Shown here piece after piece: positions 38,632 to 48,691 of a stretch of 64,000 bases of DNA (position 1 is the first letter of the stretch; each line of letters opens with the position of its first letter). The stretch is taken from positions 32,001 to 96,000 of the forward strand of contig CAWKAR010000052.1 of NCBI GenBank assembly GCA_963847625.1, in the 5' to 3' direction. A program made the position numbers and the translations under genes. Below the pieces are notes generated by a model. That model did not search any database. It was not told the DNA's origin and saw nothing but the letters and a program-made list of their open reading frames with translations. The DNA is from a candidate division FCPU426 bacterium (GTDB lineage Bacteria; Oederibacteriota; Muellerivitia; Muellerivitales; Muellerivitaceae).

Positions 38632-40089
38632 GTGACCTCCTCCAGCGGTCGGGCCCGCCGAATTACCCTGAACACTTTCGCTCTTTTTTCATCCGAAATC
38701 CTCGCTCGTTTTTTCACTCTTTTAACTGTTTTTTATATCACCCGCCATTGGAGTCGGGATTATTACGGACAATATTGCATCGCCATCAACTGGGTGACCA
38801 TTTTTGCCGCCATCAGCAGTTTGGGTTTGGGCTCTTTGGCCACTCGGGATGTGGCTCATGATAAGGGACTCACTTCTTTCTACCTTCGAAATATTATTTT
38901 TCTCAGGACAGTCCTTTCAGTCCTGTTTGTGGCAGCCCTGGCGGTTCTTGGGCCCTTATTGGGTTATGAACCGGTCCTTCGCCTGGCCCTGGTGGTCCTC
39001 GGCTTGCGTCTGATTATTGATGCGTTTTCCTCGGCCTTTGCGACCCTCTTGCAAGCCTATGAACTGATTGCACTCCAGGGGATCGTGAATTTGGCAGGCG
39101 CTTTTTTGCGGATGGTGGGGATTATTTTGGTTGTTTATTTTGGATTAAGTATGATTGGGGCCTGTTGGATCTGGGTCGGGGCAAGCACGTTTTCCCTTTT
39201 CGCCTTATGGAGGATCGGTTGGGGAAGGGGATGGCTGGCCAAATGGAATCGTTTCCACTGGGCGGAAGCTGTGCAAACACTGAAAAATTCCATCCCCTTT
39301 GCGGCCTTTGGAACCTTTCAGATGCTTTATTACCGGGTTGATTCCGTGATTCTTAAGAGTTTCGCTGGAAATGAGGCGGTGGCCCTTTATGACGTGGCAG
39401 GCCGGTTGTTATTCGTCACCTACATGTTGGCGGACCATTTCGGAGTAGCCACTCTTCCGTCCTTGTCAGCCAACCAGGACATTTCCAAGGACATGGGACG
39501 CCTGGCAACCCGGGCCCTCAAGGCTCTGACGTTCGTGGGAATGCCCTTGACAGTTGGGGGGGTCCTGTTGTCCCGCCCGCTTATGGGTTTGCTCTTTGGA
39601 TCCCAATACATGGCCTCAGGTCCGGCTTTTGCAGTCCTGGCCATATCTTTAATTTTCTATTTTGTCATGAGGCCCTGTCTCAACCTCTTGGCCGTCAAGA
39701 ACCCGATCATATTGACATATATATTTCTGGCTATATTCCTTGCGAACGTAGTGATGAATTTTCTCATTATTCCCCGTTGGGGTTTAATGGGGGCCGCGGT
39801 CGTTTCGACGGCTTGCGAGGTCCTCTTGGCTATCCTTTGCGGATGGTTTACAAGACGTTTTTTCCAAACCCCTTCCAAGAGCTTTTACAGGGGAATGGCA
39901 GCCTGCTTTTTATCCTCGACCCTGATGGGCTTTGGTATTTTCATGGATCCGCGCCTCTATTGGCTGGGCCTGGGCCCCTTGGTGTATGGGTTGGCCCTTT
40001 TCCTTATGGGAGGATTGGATTCGGATGATTGGGCCAGCATCAGGTCCATTCTTGGAAGAAAAACCGGAAACAGTGGATCTATCCAATGA
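38632..40089 (+). CDS. Wzx-type flippase
   Basis: Polytopic; YYRVD...VALYDVA, NFLIIPRWGLMGAA; GTG start at 38632 inferred. Confidence 0.88.
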   Translation: MTSSSGRARRITLNTFALFSSEILARFFTLLTVFYITRHWSRDYYGQYCIAINWVTIFAAISSLGLGSLATRDVAHDKGLTSFYLRNIIFLRTVLSVLFVAALAVLGPLLGYEPVLRLALVVLGLRLIIDAFSSAFATLLQAYELIALQGIVNLAGAFLRMVGIILVVYFGLSMIGACWIWVGASTFSLFALWRIGWGRGWLAKWNRFHWAEAVQTLKNSIPFAAFGTFQMLYYRVDSVILKSFAGNEAVALYDVAGRLLFVTYMLADHFGVATLPSLSANQDISKDMGRLATRALKALTFVGMPLTVGGVLLSRPLMGLLFGSQYMASGPAFAVLAISLIFYFVMRPCLNLLAVKNPIILTYIFLAIFLANVVMNFLIIPRWGLMGAAVVSTACEVLLAILCGWFTRRFFQTPSKSFYRGMAACFLSSTLMGFGIFMDPRLYWLGLGPLVYGLALFLMGGLDSDDWASIRSILGRKTGNSGSIQ

Positions 40090-41270
40090 TGAGCAAACTA
40101 ATCCCCGATCTTCACGGGTCTAAAAGGAAGGATTCGGAACCTGTAATCTGCGTTTTGGAATTTAACTCTGAAGGGCATCATCTTGCCTATGTGGAGATTC
40201 TTATCCGAGCCCTTAAGGAAAAAACAGGCCAGAAACCGTTATTTCTTACCTCGGCCCAGGTTCCAAAATCCAAGAGCTATGAAATTTATCTTAAACCCAT
40301 AGAAGATCGCTTTGAGATGCATGCCGCGGAGAGCATCAAGTCGGGTAAAAGTAAATGGATGTGGGTTCAGTTTTTTCCCATTATTGCTTTGCTGGATAAA
40401 ATGAGAAAGCGCGGCATCCGCCGGGTGCTTATTTCCACGGGAGATGAGCTCGCTGCGATCTTGGGTTTGGCCCGCCTCGCTGGGTTTAAATTTAAAGACC
40501 TTGAAATAACGTGCGGGTTGTTGCTGCTTCCCCTGGCTTATCCAACTTCTTCATGGCTGAAGAAATTGAAAAGGCGTTTTTTTCTTTGGCTCCAGAGAAA
40601 GTCGGGTGCCCGGTTGTTTTGTTTCGATTTCCACGCTGTTGAAATCCTACGACAAAAGTACGATATCCTCTTAGAAACCGTTCCGGAACCTCTGCTTTCG
40701 TTGAGTCCCCATACAATTACAAAATCGGTTCCAAAACCCAACGATTTCTCGAATCCGCTTTGTTTGGGAACCATTGGGTTTTTCGATCCAAGAAAAGGAG
40801 TGGATTTATTGTTGGAAGCCTTCCAGCGCGCCCATTTTAACCGGCCGGTTACACTTCTTTTGGCAGGCCTGGTAAATGACTCCAGTTTGATGAAAAAATT
40901 AAAAGATCCCGGTGTCGCGGAGAACGGTAAAATTCAAATCATCAATAAGATTTTAACCGCTGAGGAATATGTTTTGGCCCTCGGGAAAATGGATGTATTG
41001 TGTATGACTTATCGTTCACATGTTGGCCCCTCGGGGGTTTACGCCCAAGCGGCGTCCCAGGGAAAAATTATTGTCGCTTCGGATTATGGATGGCTCGGTT
41101 GGGAAGGAAAAAAATACAATAAAATTCTTTTCTTTAAAGACCAATCCTTGGATTCGCTGGTGGATACACTCGAAGATACGGTATCAAGGTTCGATTCACT
41201 CGCGGCCCTTGCTGGGAATTATCAACCAACTTCTGTGGGGGATTTCACAAAGGTATTTTGTTCCCGCTGA
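40086..41270 (+). CDS. GT-B (GT4-like) glycosyltransferase
   Basis: EGHH N-terminal motif, RKGVDLLLEAF, SGV...GKIIVASDYG. Confidence 0.75.
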   Translation: MMSKLIPDLHGSKRKDSEPVICVLEFNSEGHHLAYVEILIRALKEKTGQKPLFLTSAQVPKSKSYEIYLKPIEDRFEMHAAESIKSGKSKWMWVQFFPIIALLDKMRKRGIRRVLISTGDELAAILGLARLAGFKFKDLEITCGLLLLPLAYPTSSWLKKLKRRFFLWLQRKSGARLFCFDFHAVEILRQKYDILLETVPEPLLSLSPHTITKSVPKPNDFSNPLCLGTIGFFDPRKGVDLLLEAFQRAHFNRPVTLLLAGLVNDSSLMKKLKDPGVAENGKIQIINKILTAEEYVLALGKMDVLCMTYRSHVGPSGVYAQAASQGKIIVASDYGWLGWEGKKYNKILFFKDQSLDSLVDTLEDTVSRFDSLAALAGNYQPTSVGDFTKVFCSR

Positions 41271-41380
41271 AAAGACAGGTGAGAAATAGACCTCAATCGC
41301 AAAGTGCGGATGAAAGCTTATGGCTCTAGGGCTAGGAAACCCATGGGAGGGTCAATCGAGAAAATGGGGGAGTTCAAGTC

Positions 41381-41989
41381 ATGCTAAGCATTGTTCGAAT
41401 CCTGAATCAGCTCCGCGTACAAGCGCGGATGAGATTTTTTACGCCATGGGTACGTTTTAAACTATGGTTTTGGGGGGCAAAAGTAGGTCGTCGACTTAGG
41501 TGTAATGGGAACATCAAAATTTATAATCGTGGGAATATCAGCTTAGGGGATAAAGTCAACTTTAATTCAGGTTGGTTAGCTAATCCAGTTGGTAATTTTC
41601 AATGCACGACGTTCCATGTGCAAAAAGGTGCTAACCTGTTTATTGGCAACGGGTGCGGCATTTCTAATGCCGTTTTCTGCTGTAGAATTGGCATTACCTT
41701 GGAGGATGGGGCTTCTGTAGGTGGTGGAACATCCCTATACGATAATGATTTTCACTCGCTTAAAGAAGAGGATCGGCTCTCAGGAAAGGGAATAATTCCG
41801 GGAGCGCCAATAATCATACGACGCCGCGCCTTTATCGGAGGGCATTGCTTGATCCTGAAGGGGGTTACCATCGGAGAAGGTTCTATCATTGGAGCGGGAA
41901 GTGTTGTGACCCGCGATATACCGGCTGGAGTGATCGCTGCCGGGGTTCCTGCAAAGGTTTTGCGCCGTTTAAAGAAAAAAGAAAAATAA
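41381..41989 (+). CDS. Hexapeptide-repeat O-acetyltransferase
   Basis: DNDFH, ILKGVTIGEGSIIGAGSVVT...GVPAK. Confidence 0.9.
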   Translation: MLSIVRILNQLRVQARMRFFTPWVRFKLWFWGAKVGRRLRCNGNIKIYNRGNISLGDKVNFNSGWLANPVGNFQCTTFHVQKGANLFIGNGCGISNAVFCCRIGITLEDGASVGGGTSLYDNDFHSLKEEDRLSGKGIIPGAPIIIRRRAFIGGHCLILKGVTIGEGSIIGAGSVVTRDIPAGVIAAGVPAKVLRRLKKKEK

Positions 41990-42103
41990 TTCAAGAGGCA
42001 CCTTTCGTCAACGGTTATAGGTCTCCAGTTCTGCAAAATCCTAATGATTTGTTTGTTTTAATGAACAAGCTCATGAAAACAACTTGAACCCAGAGGTGAA
42101 GGA

Positions 42104-42958
42104 ATGGTCCGCCGCGCTCGTCTAAAAAAAACTAATGTTTCCATCCTAATTTTGACGCTAAACGAGGAAGAAAATATCCAGCAATGCCTGGATTCGGTGT
42201 CCTGGTCCAATGACATTGTGGTCTTGGATTCGGGAAGTCTTGATAAGACCGTTTTACTGGCTAAAAAGAAGGGAGCTCGGGTGATAACCAGGTCCTTCGA
42301 CAATTGGGCTTCACACCAGAATTGGGCAATGAAGAAAATAAAGTTCAAGAATCCTTGGGTCTTTTACCTGGATGCCGATGAACGCATGATGTCCGAACTA
42401 AAAGAAGAAATCCTTTCCATCGCGGCTGATCCCGCGAGGCCTGAAAAGACCTTTTTTTGTGGCCGGAGGAATTATTTCTTCGGTAAATGGATCAGGCATT
42501 CCTTCCCCCCGGGACATATCCTTCGTTTCTTCCAGCCTCCTTTCGTTCGTTTTGAACGTTTAGTGAATCCTGTTGCGGTTATCCAAGGGCCGCATGGCTA
42601 TCTGAAAAATTATTTTGACCATTATAACTTCAGTAAGGGCCTGGAAGAATGGTTTGCCAAACACAACCAATATTCTACCGCCGAAGCCCTCGAAGGGGCG
42701 AAAGGGGGTGTAGCCGGTTTTACCCTGAGGCCTCTACTAGCGTTAGATGCTGTTTTGAAGCGGTTAAAAATCAAGACAATTTCAAACCGATTACCTTTCA
42801 AACCCTTGATCAAATTTTTTTGGGTGTATATCGTCAAACGCGGTTTCCTGGACGGCCGGGAGGGTTTCATTTATTGCGTGCTTCAGTCTATTTACGAATA
42901 TATGATCGTTTTAAAGTCGAGGGAAATAGAATTAAGGAACAAGGGGTTGAAACCTTGA
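42104..42958 (+). CDS. GT2 glycosyltransferase (beta-1,4-glucosyltransferase-like)
   Basis: LTLNEE, DSGSLD, LDADE, GFLDGREG. Confidence 0.88.
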   Translation: MVRRARLKKTNVSILILTLNEEENIQQCLDSVSWSNDIVVLDSGSLDKTVLLAKKKGARVITRSFDNWASHQNWAMKKIKFKNPWVFYLDADERMMSELKEEILSIAADPARPEKTFFCGRRNYFFGKWIRHSFPPGHILRFFQPPFVRFERLVNPVAVIQGPHGYLKNYFDHYNFSKGLEEWFAKHNQYSTAEALEGAKGGVAGFTLRPLLALDAVLKRLKIKTISNRLPFKPLIKFFWVYIVKRGFLDGREGFIYCVLQSIYEYMIVLKSREIELRNKGLKP

Positions 42959-43285
42959 AACGAATAAAATCCCTGCTTCCGCTCCTTTCGCAATATTAGG
43001 TATTTGGAATTTCTAAAAGTCGAATCTAAGTTCCAGGGTTTGTGCCCATAAGTTAAGGCCGCGGAGGAGATACAATAAGCGGATGAAAACATGCTTATCA
43101 GATCACACCTCTTCAAATATGGTCTTTTCTGCCGCCGGTTCTTGTTCTCATACATCCCAAAGCTGATTTGCATGGATTTTCTTCCGTCGGGAATGCTGTT
43201 ATCATTTTTCATGCATTTAGACGAAGGAGTTTTTCAGAGGTTACAGACTAAAAATTTTGCAATACTTCTTTAAGAGGAGAGCACT

Positions 43286-44098
43286 TTGTTACATATTCCG
43301 GAATTGATTAAAAGGAAATTCAAAATCTTCCTGAAATTCTTAGGTTTCAGTTTAGTCCGGTGCGAGTCGGATGTGACACAATTGCATGATATTTTCACTT
43401 CGCTTCAAAACATGCGCAATCTTAGCCTAAAGCCCCAGAAAAATGAGAATCTCCGCTTTCTTGAATTTTGTCTCAATAATCTTCACCTTTCTAAAGCTCA
43501 ATTGTTTCAAGATTTGTTTGTCCTATACGAATTGCATGACAAGAAAAAAGGTTTTTTCGTTGAGTTTGGCGCGACAAATGGAATCGGATGGAGCAATACG
43601 TATCTTCTAGAAAAAAAATACCAGTGGAATGGTATTCTTGCCGAGCCGGCTAAATGCTGGCACGATGATTTGAAGAAAAACAGGAGATGCAATATCGAAT
43701 TAAGATGCGTTTGGAAGAAAACTGGTGAACATTTGGAATTTAATGAGATTTCGGATCTTTCGACTATTAATTTGTTTTCCCGCGGCGATACGCATGCTTC
43801 AACTCGCGAAAATGGCAAACGTTACATGGTGGAAACCATATCACTAAACGATTTATTGTCCTTCCACCACGCCCCAAGAAAAATCGATTATTTATCCGTT
43901 GATACCGAGGGTTCGGAATATTCAATACTTAAAAGCTTTAATTTTGAAAAACACGAGATTTCAATTATCACGGTCGAGCATGCTTATATCAGCCCGGACA
44001 GGGAGAATATTCACTCTTTATTAAAATCTAAGGGCTATGTAAGGAAATTCGAGAACTATTCTGATTGGAATGATTGGTATATTAAAGAAAAATTGTGA
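43286..44098 (+). CDS. FkbM family methyltransferase
   Basis: FFVEFGATNG...SNTYLLE, IDYLSVDTEGSE, ITVEH. Confidence 0.88.
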   Translation: MLHIPELIKRKFKIFLKFLGFSLVRCESDVTQLHDIFTSLQNMRNLSLKPQKNENLRFLEFCLNNLHLSKAQLFQDLFVLYELHDKKKGFFVEFGATNGIGWSNTYLLEKKYQWNGILAEPAKCWHDDLKKNRRCNIELRCVWKKTGEHLEFNEISDLSTINLFSRGDTHASTRENGKRYMVETISLNDLLSFHHAPRKIDYLSVDTEGSEYSILKSFNFEKHEISIITVEHAYISPDRENIHSLLKSKGYVRKFENYSDWNDWYIKEKL

Positions 44099-44150
44099 TC
44101 CCTCTTTGTATCTCGTTTGAGTATGAGAACAAAATTAGGAGACGCGGAGA

Positions 44151-44310
44151 TTGCTCTTTTCATTAATCGTTTCGACTCTTCATCGCACGATTGAGCTAAC
44201 CCCGTTGTTCGAATCTATTTCCAAATAAAAACTATCGAGTTTTTCCTTGGGCGAGGTTGAGACCATCGTTGTAGACCAGAATCCGGACGATAGTCTCTTA
44301 GTTTCAATTT
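44151..44310 (+). pseudogene. 5' fragment of a GT2 paralogous to 48692-49549
   Basis: MLFSLIVSTLHRTIELTPLFESISK* then a frameshift to ...GEVETIVVDQNPDDSLL, versus MLFSLIIPTVKRTLELSRLLTSISRQ...QDVEVIIVDQNLDERLL. Confidence 0.8.
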
Positions 44311-45052
44311 TAGTCGATCTAATGTCTCTCTTTCTTCCCGATTATGGGAATATGTATTAGTGAAGTTTATGTTGCCTTTTTTCCTTATTGGTTATCATTC
44401 GGCAAATCTAAACGAAAAAATAATAATTAAACTTAAGAGCACGTTCTTTTTGATCCTATTGCTTCCATTAAGTTGGTTCTGTTATTCGAAATGGAATTAC
44501 AACACCAACATTTACATATCGGGAATGTTTCTCACTCCTGAAAATATTCCAACCATGGTTTTCTGTTTTGTTGCGTCTTGTTTCGCGCCCGCCGCCGCTT
44601 TTCTGGTCATTTACCGGATCTATGCTGTTTTTCCCCGTCAAATTGTCATTAATGCCGGGCCGAAAAGCATGTACCTTTACATATTGCAAACCTACGTATT
44701 TTTTGGGGTTAGCAGGATGTCGGGTTTTGATATTTCACCGGGTTATAAGTTATTACTTTCGGCTATTGCGGCCCCTTTCATGGCTGTGATGATCGTTTAT
44801 ATTCTTTTGAGATTCAGCTCGTTCATTGAGAAAAGACCTTTATTGGCATTATGCTATTTCGGCAGATTAAAAAAAAGAGAATGGACACCGTCGAATAAAC
44901 AAGGGGCAAAATCGCCTCGGTGCGGAAAACCCGCCTTGGGGAAAGCCTGCGGCGGGCTCGGGGTTCATTTTGTTGTGATGAGTTGCTTTCCGCCACCGGC
45001 AGTAAATTCTAACTGTTATTTGCTATCTATTATTGCTCATTCTTTGCTGTAA
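44311..45052 (+). pseudogene. 3' remnant of a membrane-bound acyltransferase (acyltransferase_3/OafA-like)
   Basis: FMLPFFLIGY and GPKSMYLYILQ motifs; N-terminal half missing; apparent frameshift just before 44360. Confidence 0.6.
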
Positions 45053-45111
45053 ACTGTCTCCTGCTTTGCCGTCTCTATTTTCCGCCGCCGTCGGGTGGCC
45101 TGGGGTTCATT

Positions 45112-46440
45112 TTGAAATCCGATCAAAAACCGTCCGTTTCCGGCGATATATTCCTGACCGAGATATTCGCCAGCATCCTCTCGCGCAGGAAAATCCTGGG
45201 CCAGGCCGGAATCATGGCGGGCGCACGCGTTTTAGGCATGGTTTTCGGCTTTATCGGGTCCGTTTACGCCATCCGGTGCCTGGGCGCCCGCAACCTGGGC
45301 CTCTCCGGCATGGTCCAGAACATCGTCGCCCAGGGGTCCATCGTGTTGGGCGTCATTTATTTCACGGTGCTCGTGCGGGAGTACAAGAACTCCCCCGATG
45401 ACGAGTCCCGCAACCGGCTTATCCGCGTGTCCACAACTTTTCGGCTGGCGGGCTCGCTGGTTTTTTGCGCCGTGGGTGCGGTGGTCATGGGTTTACGTCT
45501 CGTCCCGGCCGATTACCACTTCGCCGGGTGGTTTTTCATCCCCCTGTTGTTGTTGGGCACCCTCCAGCCCGCGTGGGTTTTCCAGGCCGCCGAGAAACAA
45601 CACTTGCAATCCATGATCTCGGTGCTACAGCCCGGATTGACGGCGGCCTTGTACATCTGCCTGTTCAAACCGGGCATGTCCGCCGGGGCCGATCTTGCGG
45701 TGATTTCCTCCGTGACCGCTGTCTTGACGTTTATCTATTGGAGGGCGGTTTACAGCCTCACGCCGATGAAAGGAAGCTTCTTGAACCTCCGGGGCTTTAA
45801 AAAAGCCTGGGAACTCATCCTTCAATCGCGCTGGCTTTTCGCGGCCAGCATCGCCATCTACGTTTTCACAACCCTCGAGCAGCCGCTTTTGGGCTGGCTT
45901 TCCTCGGTGGAGGAACTCGGGAAATACATGTCGGCCGTCAAGGTGATGAACATCGCCGCGGGGTTTTTCGGGATCGTCTCCACCATCCTTTACCCGCGGT
46001 TCATTGAGTGGCAAAAAATCGGGGAGGAGGTTCTCTGGAGGCGGCAGTTGAAATTATTCGTCCTTTTCGGCGTGGGTGGCGGCCTGGCCTGCCTCTTGGG
46101 TTTTTTCCTCATTCCCTTTTTCTACACGATGGTATTCGGAAAGGTGTTCACGCAGGCGGGGTTCCCCTGCGCGATCCTTGTGACCTCGAAATTCGTGGCG
46201 ACCCTGGGCGGCGTTTTTTATTGGGGCCTGCTGACGAAGTCGCGGTACGATAGGTTTACCACGCTCGTGCTCATCGGTGTGTCGATCCCCTCTTTCCTGG
46301 CCAACTACCTCCTCATCCCGAGATGGGGCATGCTCACGGCTTCCTCGGTGAACCTGGCGAGCGAGACGCTTTTGGCGCTGGTTTGGGCCGCGGCTTCCTG
46401 GGTACGGATCCGCCAGTTCCGGAACCAGGGGAAGGTTTAA
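45112..46440 (+). CDS. Second Wzx-type flippase
   Basis: Polytopic; LQPAWVFQA.EK, ELGKYMSA, NYLLIPRWGM; GC-rich coding. Confidence 0.85.
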   Translation: MKSDQKPSVSGDIFLTEIFASILSRRKILGQAGIMAGARVLGMVFGFIGSVYAIRCLGARNLGLSGMVQNIVAQGSIVLGVIYFTVLVREYKNSPDDESRNRLIRVSTTFRLAGSLVFCAVGAVVMGLRLVPADYHFAGWFFIPLLLLGTLQPAWVFQAAEKQHLQSMISVLQPGLTAALYICLFKPGMSAGADLAVISSVTAVLTFIYWRAVYSLTPMKGSFLNLRGFKKAWELILQSRWLFAASIAIYVFTTLEQPLLGWLSSVEELGKYMSAVKVMNIAAGFFGIVSTILYPRFIEWQKIGEEVLWRRQLKLFVLFGVGGGLACLLGFFLIPFFYTMVFGKVFTQAGFPCAILVTSKFVATLGGVFYWGLLTKSRYDRFTTLVLIGVSIPSFLANYLLIPRWGMLTASSVNLASETLLALVWAAASWVRIRQFRNQGKV

Positions 46441-46444
46441 ACCC

Positions 46445-47569
46445 GTGATAAAACTAATCGCGCGGGTCCTCCGCAAGTTCCTCGCCCTCACAAGGCCGTT
46501 GTTCCTTTGGAACCCGGTCCGCGTGTTTTATGTCGGGCTGTCGCAGGGCCGAAGCCTCGCGCGGAACCACCCCCCCGGGTGTCGCCGCTTGATCGTGTTC
46601 CTGACCTACCCGTACGATACCGTCACCGGGGGCGTGCTTTCCCTCGTTTCCCTGCACGAGGAGACGGCGAAACTGAGAAAAATCCACGGCGCCGAGGTAC
46701 TGCTGTGCACCCTGCCGGGCGATCCCCCGCTCCTCAAATACACGAAATTCAAAAATCAGGCCCAGGTATACCCGCTTAATGGGGTCCTGCGACATTTCGG
46801 GAACGCCGAGAGCCTGATGGTGCACATCCCGGAGTACGCCGTGGGAAAATTCCTGGAGACCTGCTCCCCCTCCAAACTGCCCTGCTTGGGGAAGATCAAG
46901 GACCTGCGGCTGAATGTCCTGCTCCAGAACATCGACATGATGGCCTTCGGGGAGCCCGTCAAGAGGCTCGGAGAAATGGGGAAAGTGACGGCCACGACCG
47001 TCCACCGTTCCTACACCACCCCGGCCGTCCGTAAAAAATTCGGGTATCCGATCCAAAGGTTCTCGGTTTTCGTCAGTCCCGAGCAGTATGCAAGGAAGTC
47101 CTACGCGTCGAAGGAAAACCTGATGATCGTTTCCCCGGACCCCCATCTGCGCAAAAAGGAAATACTCGCGAAAATATCGGAAACCCTGCCGGGCCTGGGG
47201 CTCTTGGTGATCGAGAACATGACCTATGAAAAGTACAAGGCGGCCGTCTCCAGGGCCAAGTGGGCCCTGACCTTCGGGGAGGGTTTGGACAATTACCTGG
47301 TGGAGCCGGCGTTCAGCGGCGGGATCGGGTTCAGCGTCTTCAACCCCCGTTTTTTCACCCGAGAGTTCAAGGGTCTGCGGACCATTTACCCGGATTACGA
47401 TTCGCTTCACGCGTCCATTTGCGGGGATATAATGAAATTAGACAATCCCCGTTCTTACTCGGATTACCAAGATATTTTGTTCAAGCAGTGCGCGAAACAT
47501 TATGATTTCCGAGAGTACCAGGCTAATTTACTGAGATTCTACCAGAAATATTTCCCGGCCGTGAAATGA
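46445..47569 (+). CDS. Hypothetical protein, possible GT-B-fold glycan-modifying enzyme
   Basis: TGGVLSL and FGEGLDNYLVEP motifs; cluster context. Confidence 0.55.
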   Translation: MIKLIARVLRKFLALTRPLFLWNPVRVFYVGLSQGRSLARNHPPGCRRLIVFLTYPYDTVTGGVLSLVSLHEETAKLRKIHGAEVLLCTLPGDPPLLKYTKFKNQAQVYPLNGVLRHFGNAESLMVHIPEYAVGKFLETCSPSKLPCLGKIKDLRLNVLLQNIDMMAFGEPVKRLGEMGKVTATTVHRSYTTPAVRKKFGYPIQRFSVFVSPEQYARKSYASKENLMIVSPDPHLRKKEILAKISETLPGLGLLVIENMTYEKYKAAVSRAKWALTFGEGLDNYLVEPAFSGGIGFSVFNPRFFTREFKGLRTIYPDYDSLHASICGDIMKLDNPRSYSDYQDILFKQCAKHYDFREYQANLLRFYQKYFPAVK

Positions 47570-47612
47570 CGGGTGTCTGCCCCAAAACCTGAAACAAGGA
47601 ACTTTCCTGAAA

Positions 47613-48593
47613 ATGGCAAAAAAAGCGCCGCCGGTCAGCGTCTTGACCACCGTCTACAACGGAGAGAAATTCCTGGGGGAAACGATCCAAAGCGTCCTGG
47701 GCCAGACCTTCCAGGATTTCGAGTACATCATCATCAACGACGGTTCGACTGATTCCTCCGATTCGATCATCCGGTCCTTCCGGAAAAAAGACAAACGCAT
47801 CAGATATTTTTGCCAAAAAAACCGGGGCATCGCCTGGTCGAAAAACCGGGGCGTGAAAATCGCGCGAGGAAAATACATTGCCTTTCTCGATCAGGATGAC
47901 ATCGCATATCCTAACCGCCTGGCCGTCCAGCTAGAATACCTGTCCCGGCATCGCGGGACCGCCGTGATCGGCTCTTTCTACGATTTGATCGACGACAAGG
48001 GCCGGAAATTCAATACGGTCACCCTCCCGACGAAGCATGAGGCCATTTACAAAGACAACCTCCTTGAGGGGATCAACGTCATTTGCCCCTGTACCATTAT
48101 GGCCGATGTTAAAGAAATCCGTTCAGTCGGCAATTTCGACCAAGCCCTCGAGCCCGCGGACGATTACGACCTGTGGCTGAAGTTGGGCCGGCAACATAAA
48201 ATCCGGATTCTTGACCAGGTCCTGGGGGCCTACCGGTACCATTCGAAGAACACGACGGACGTCCAGGCGGGATTGATCGAATACAAGCGATGGGAGGCCT
48301 GTGTCAAGGAAAGGCGGTTCCAAAAACTGGAAAACGTCCCCCGCGGTTTCGTTGATTTTTCCCCGAAACCGGTCCCCAATATCCGGCGTTTGAGCCAATT
48401 CGCTTTAAAGGGGAGGCATTGGAAACTTTCTCTGGAATACGGGATGAAACAGCTTTTATCCACGCCATGGAGCCTTAGCACCTGGGCTTTTTGTTTTCTC
48501 GCCGGTTTGGGGCTTTTAGGTGTGCCCTCCGGGGCCATAGGAAAGTTTTATAAATTTTGCAAATGGATTATAAAAAAGAACCAAAATAGTTAG
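47613..48593 (+). CDS. GT2 glycosyltransferase
   Basis: YNGEKFL, INDGSTD, FLDQDD, DDYDLWL. Confidence 0.92.
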   Translation: MAKKAPPVSVLTTVYNGEKFLGETIQSVLGQTFQDFEYIIINDGSTDSSDSIIRSFRKKDKRIRYFCQKNRGIAWSKNRGVKIARGKYIAFLDQDDIAYPNRLAVQLEYLSRHRGTAVIGSFYDLIDDKGRKFNTVTLPTKHEAIYKDNLLEGINVICPCTIMADVKEIRSVGNFDQALEPADDYDLWLKLGRQHKIRILDQVLGAYRYHSKNTTDVQAGLIEYKRWEACVKERRFQKLENVPRGFVDFSPKPVPNIRRLSQFALKGRHWKLSLEYGMKQLLSTPWSLSTWAFCFLAGLGLLGVPSGAIGKFYKFCKWIIKKNQNS

Positions 48594-48691
48594 AAATTCT
48601 TAATTCGATTGGTGAAAATTGACTTCTCAATGGCTGCTTCTGGATGTGAGAACTCTTTTAGAAAATTCGAGTTAAATAGGAGAAGTGGGCA

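Noticed and set aside
46454..47410. 318-aa antisense ORF (likewise 62455-63336, 15392-16051, 12850-13455)
   Set aside because: Antisense shadows of well-supported genes, expected from codon bias
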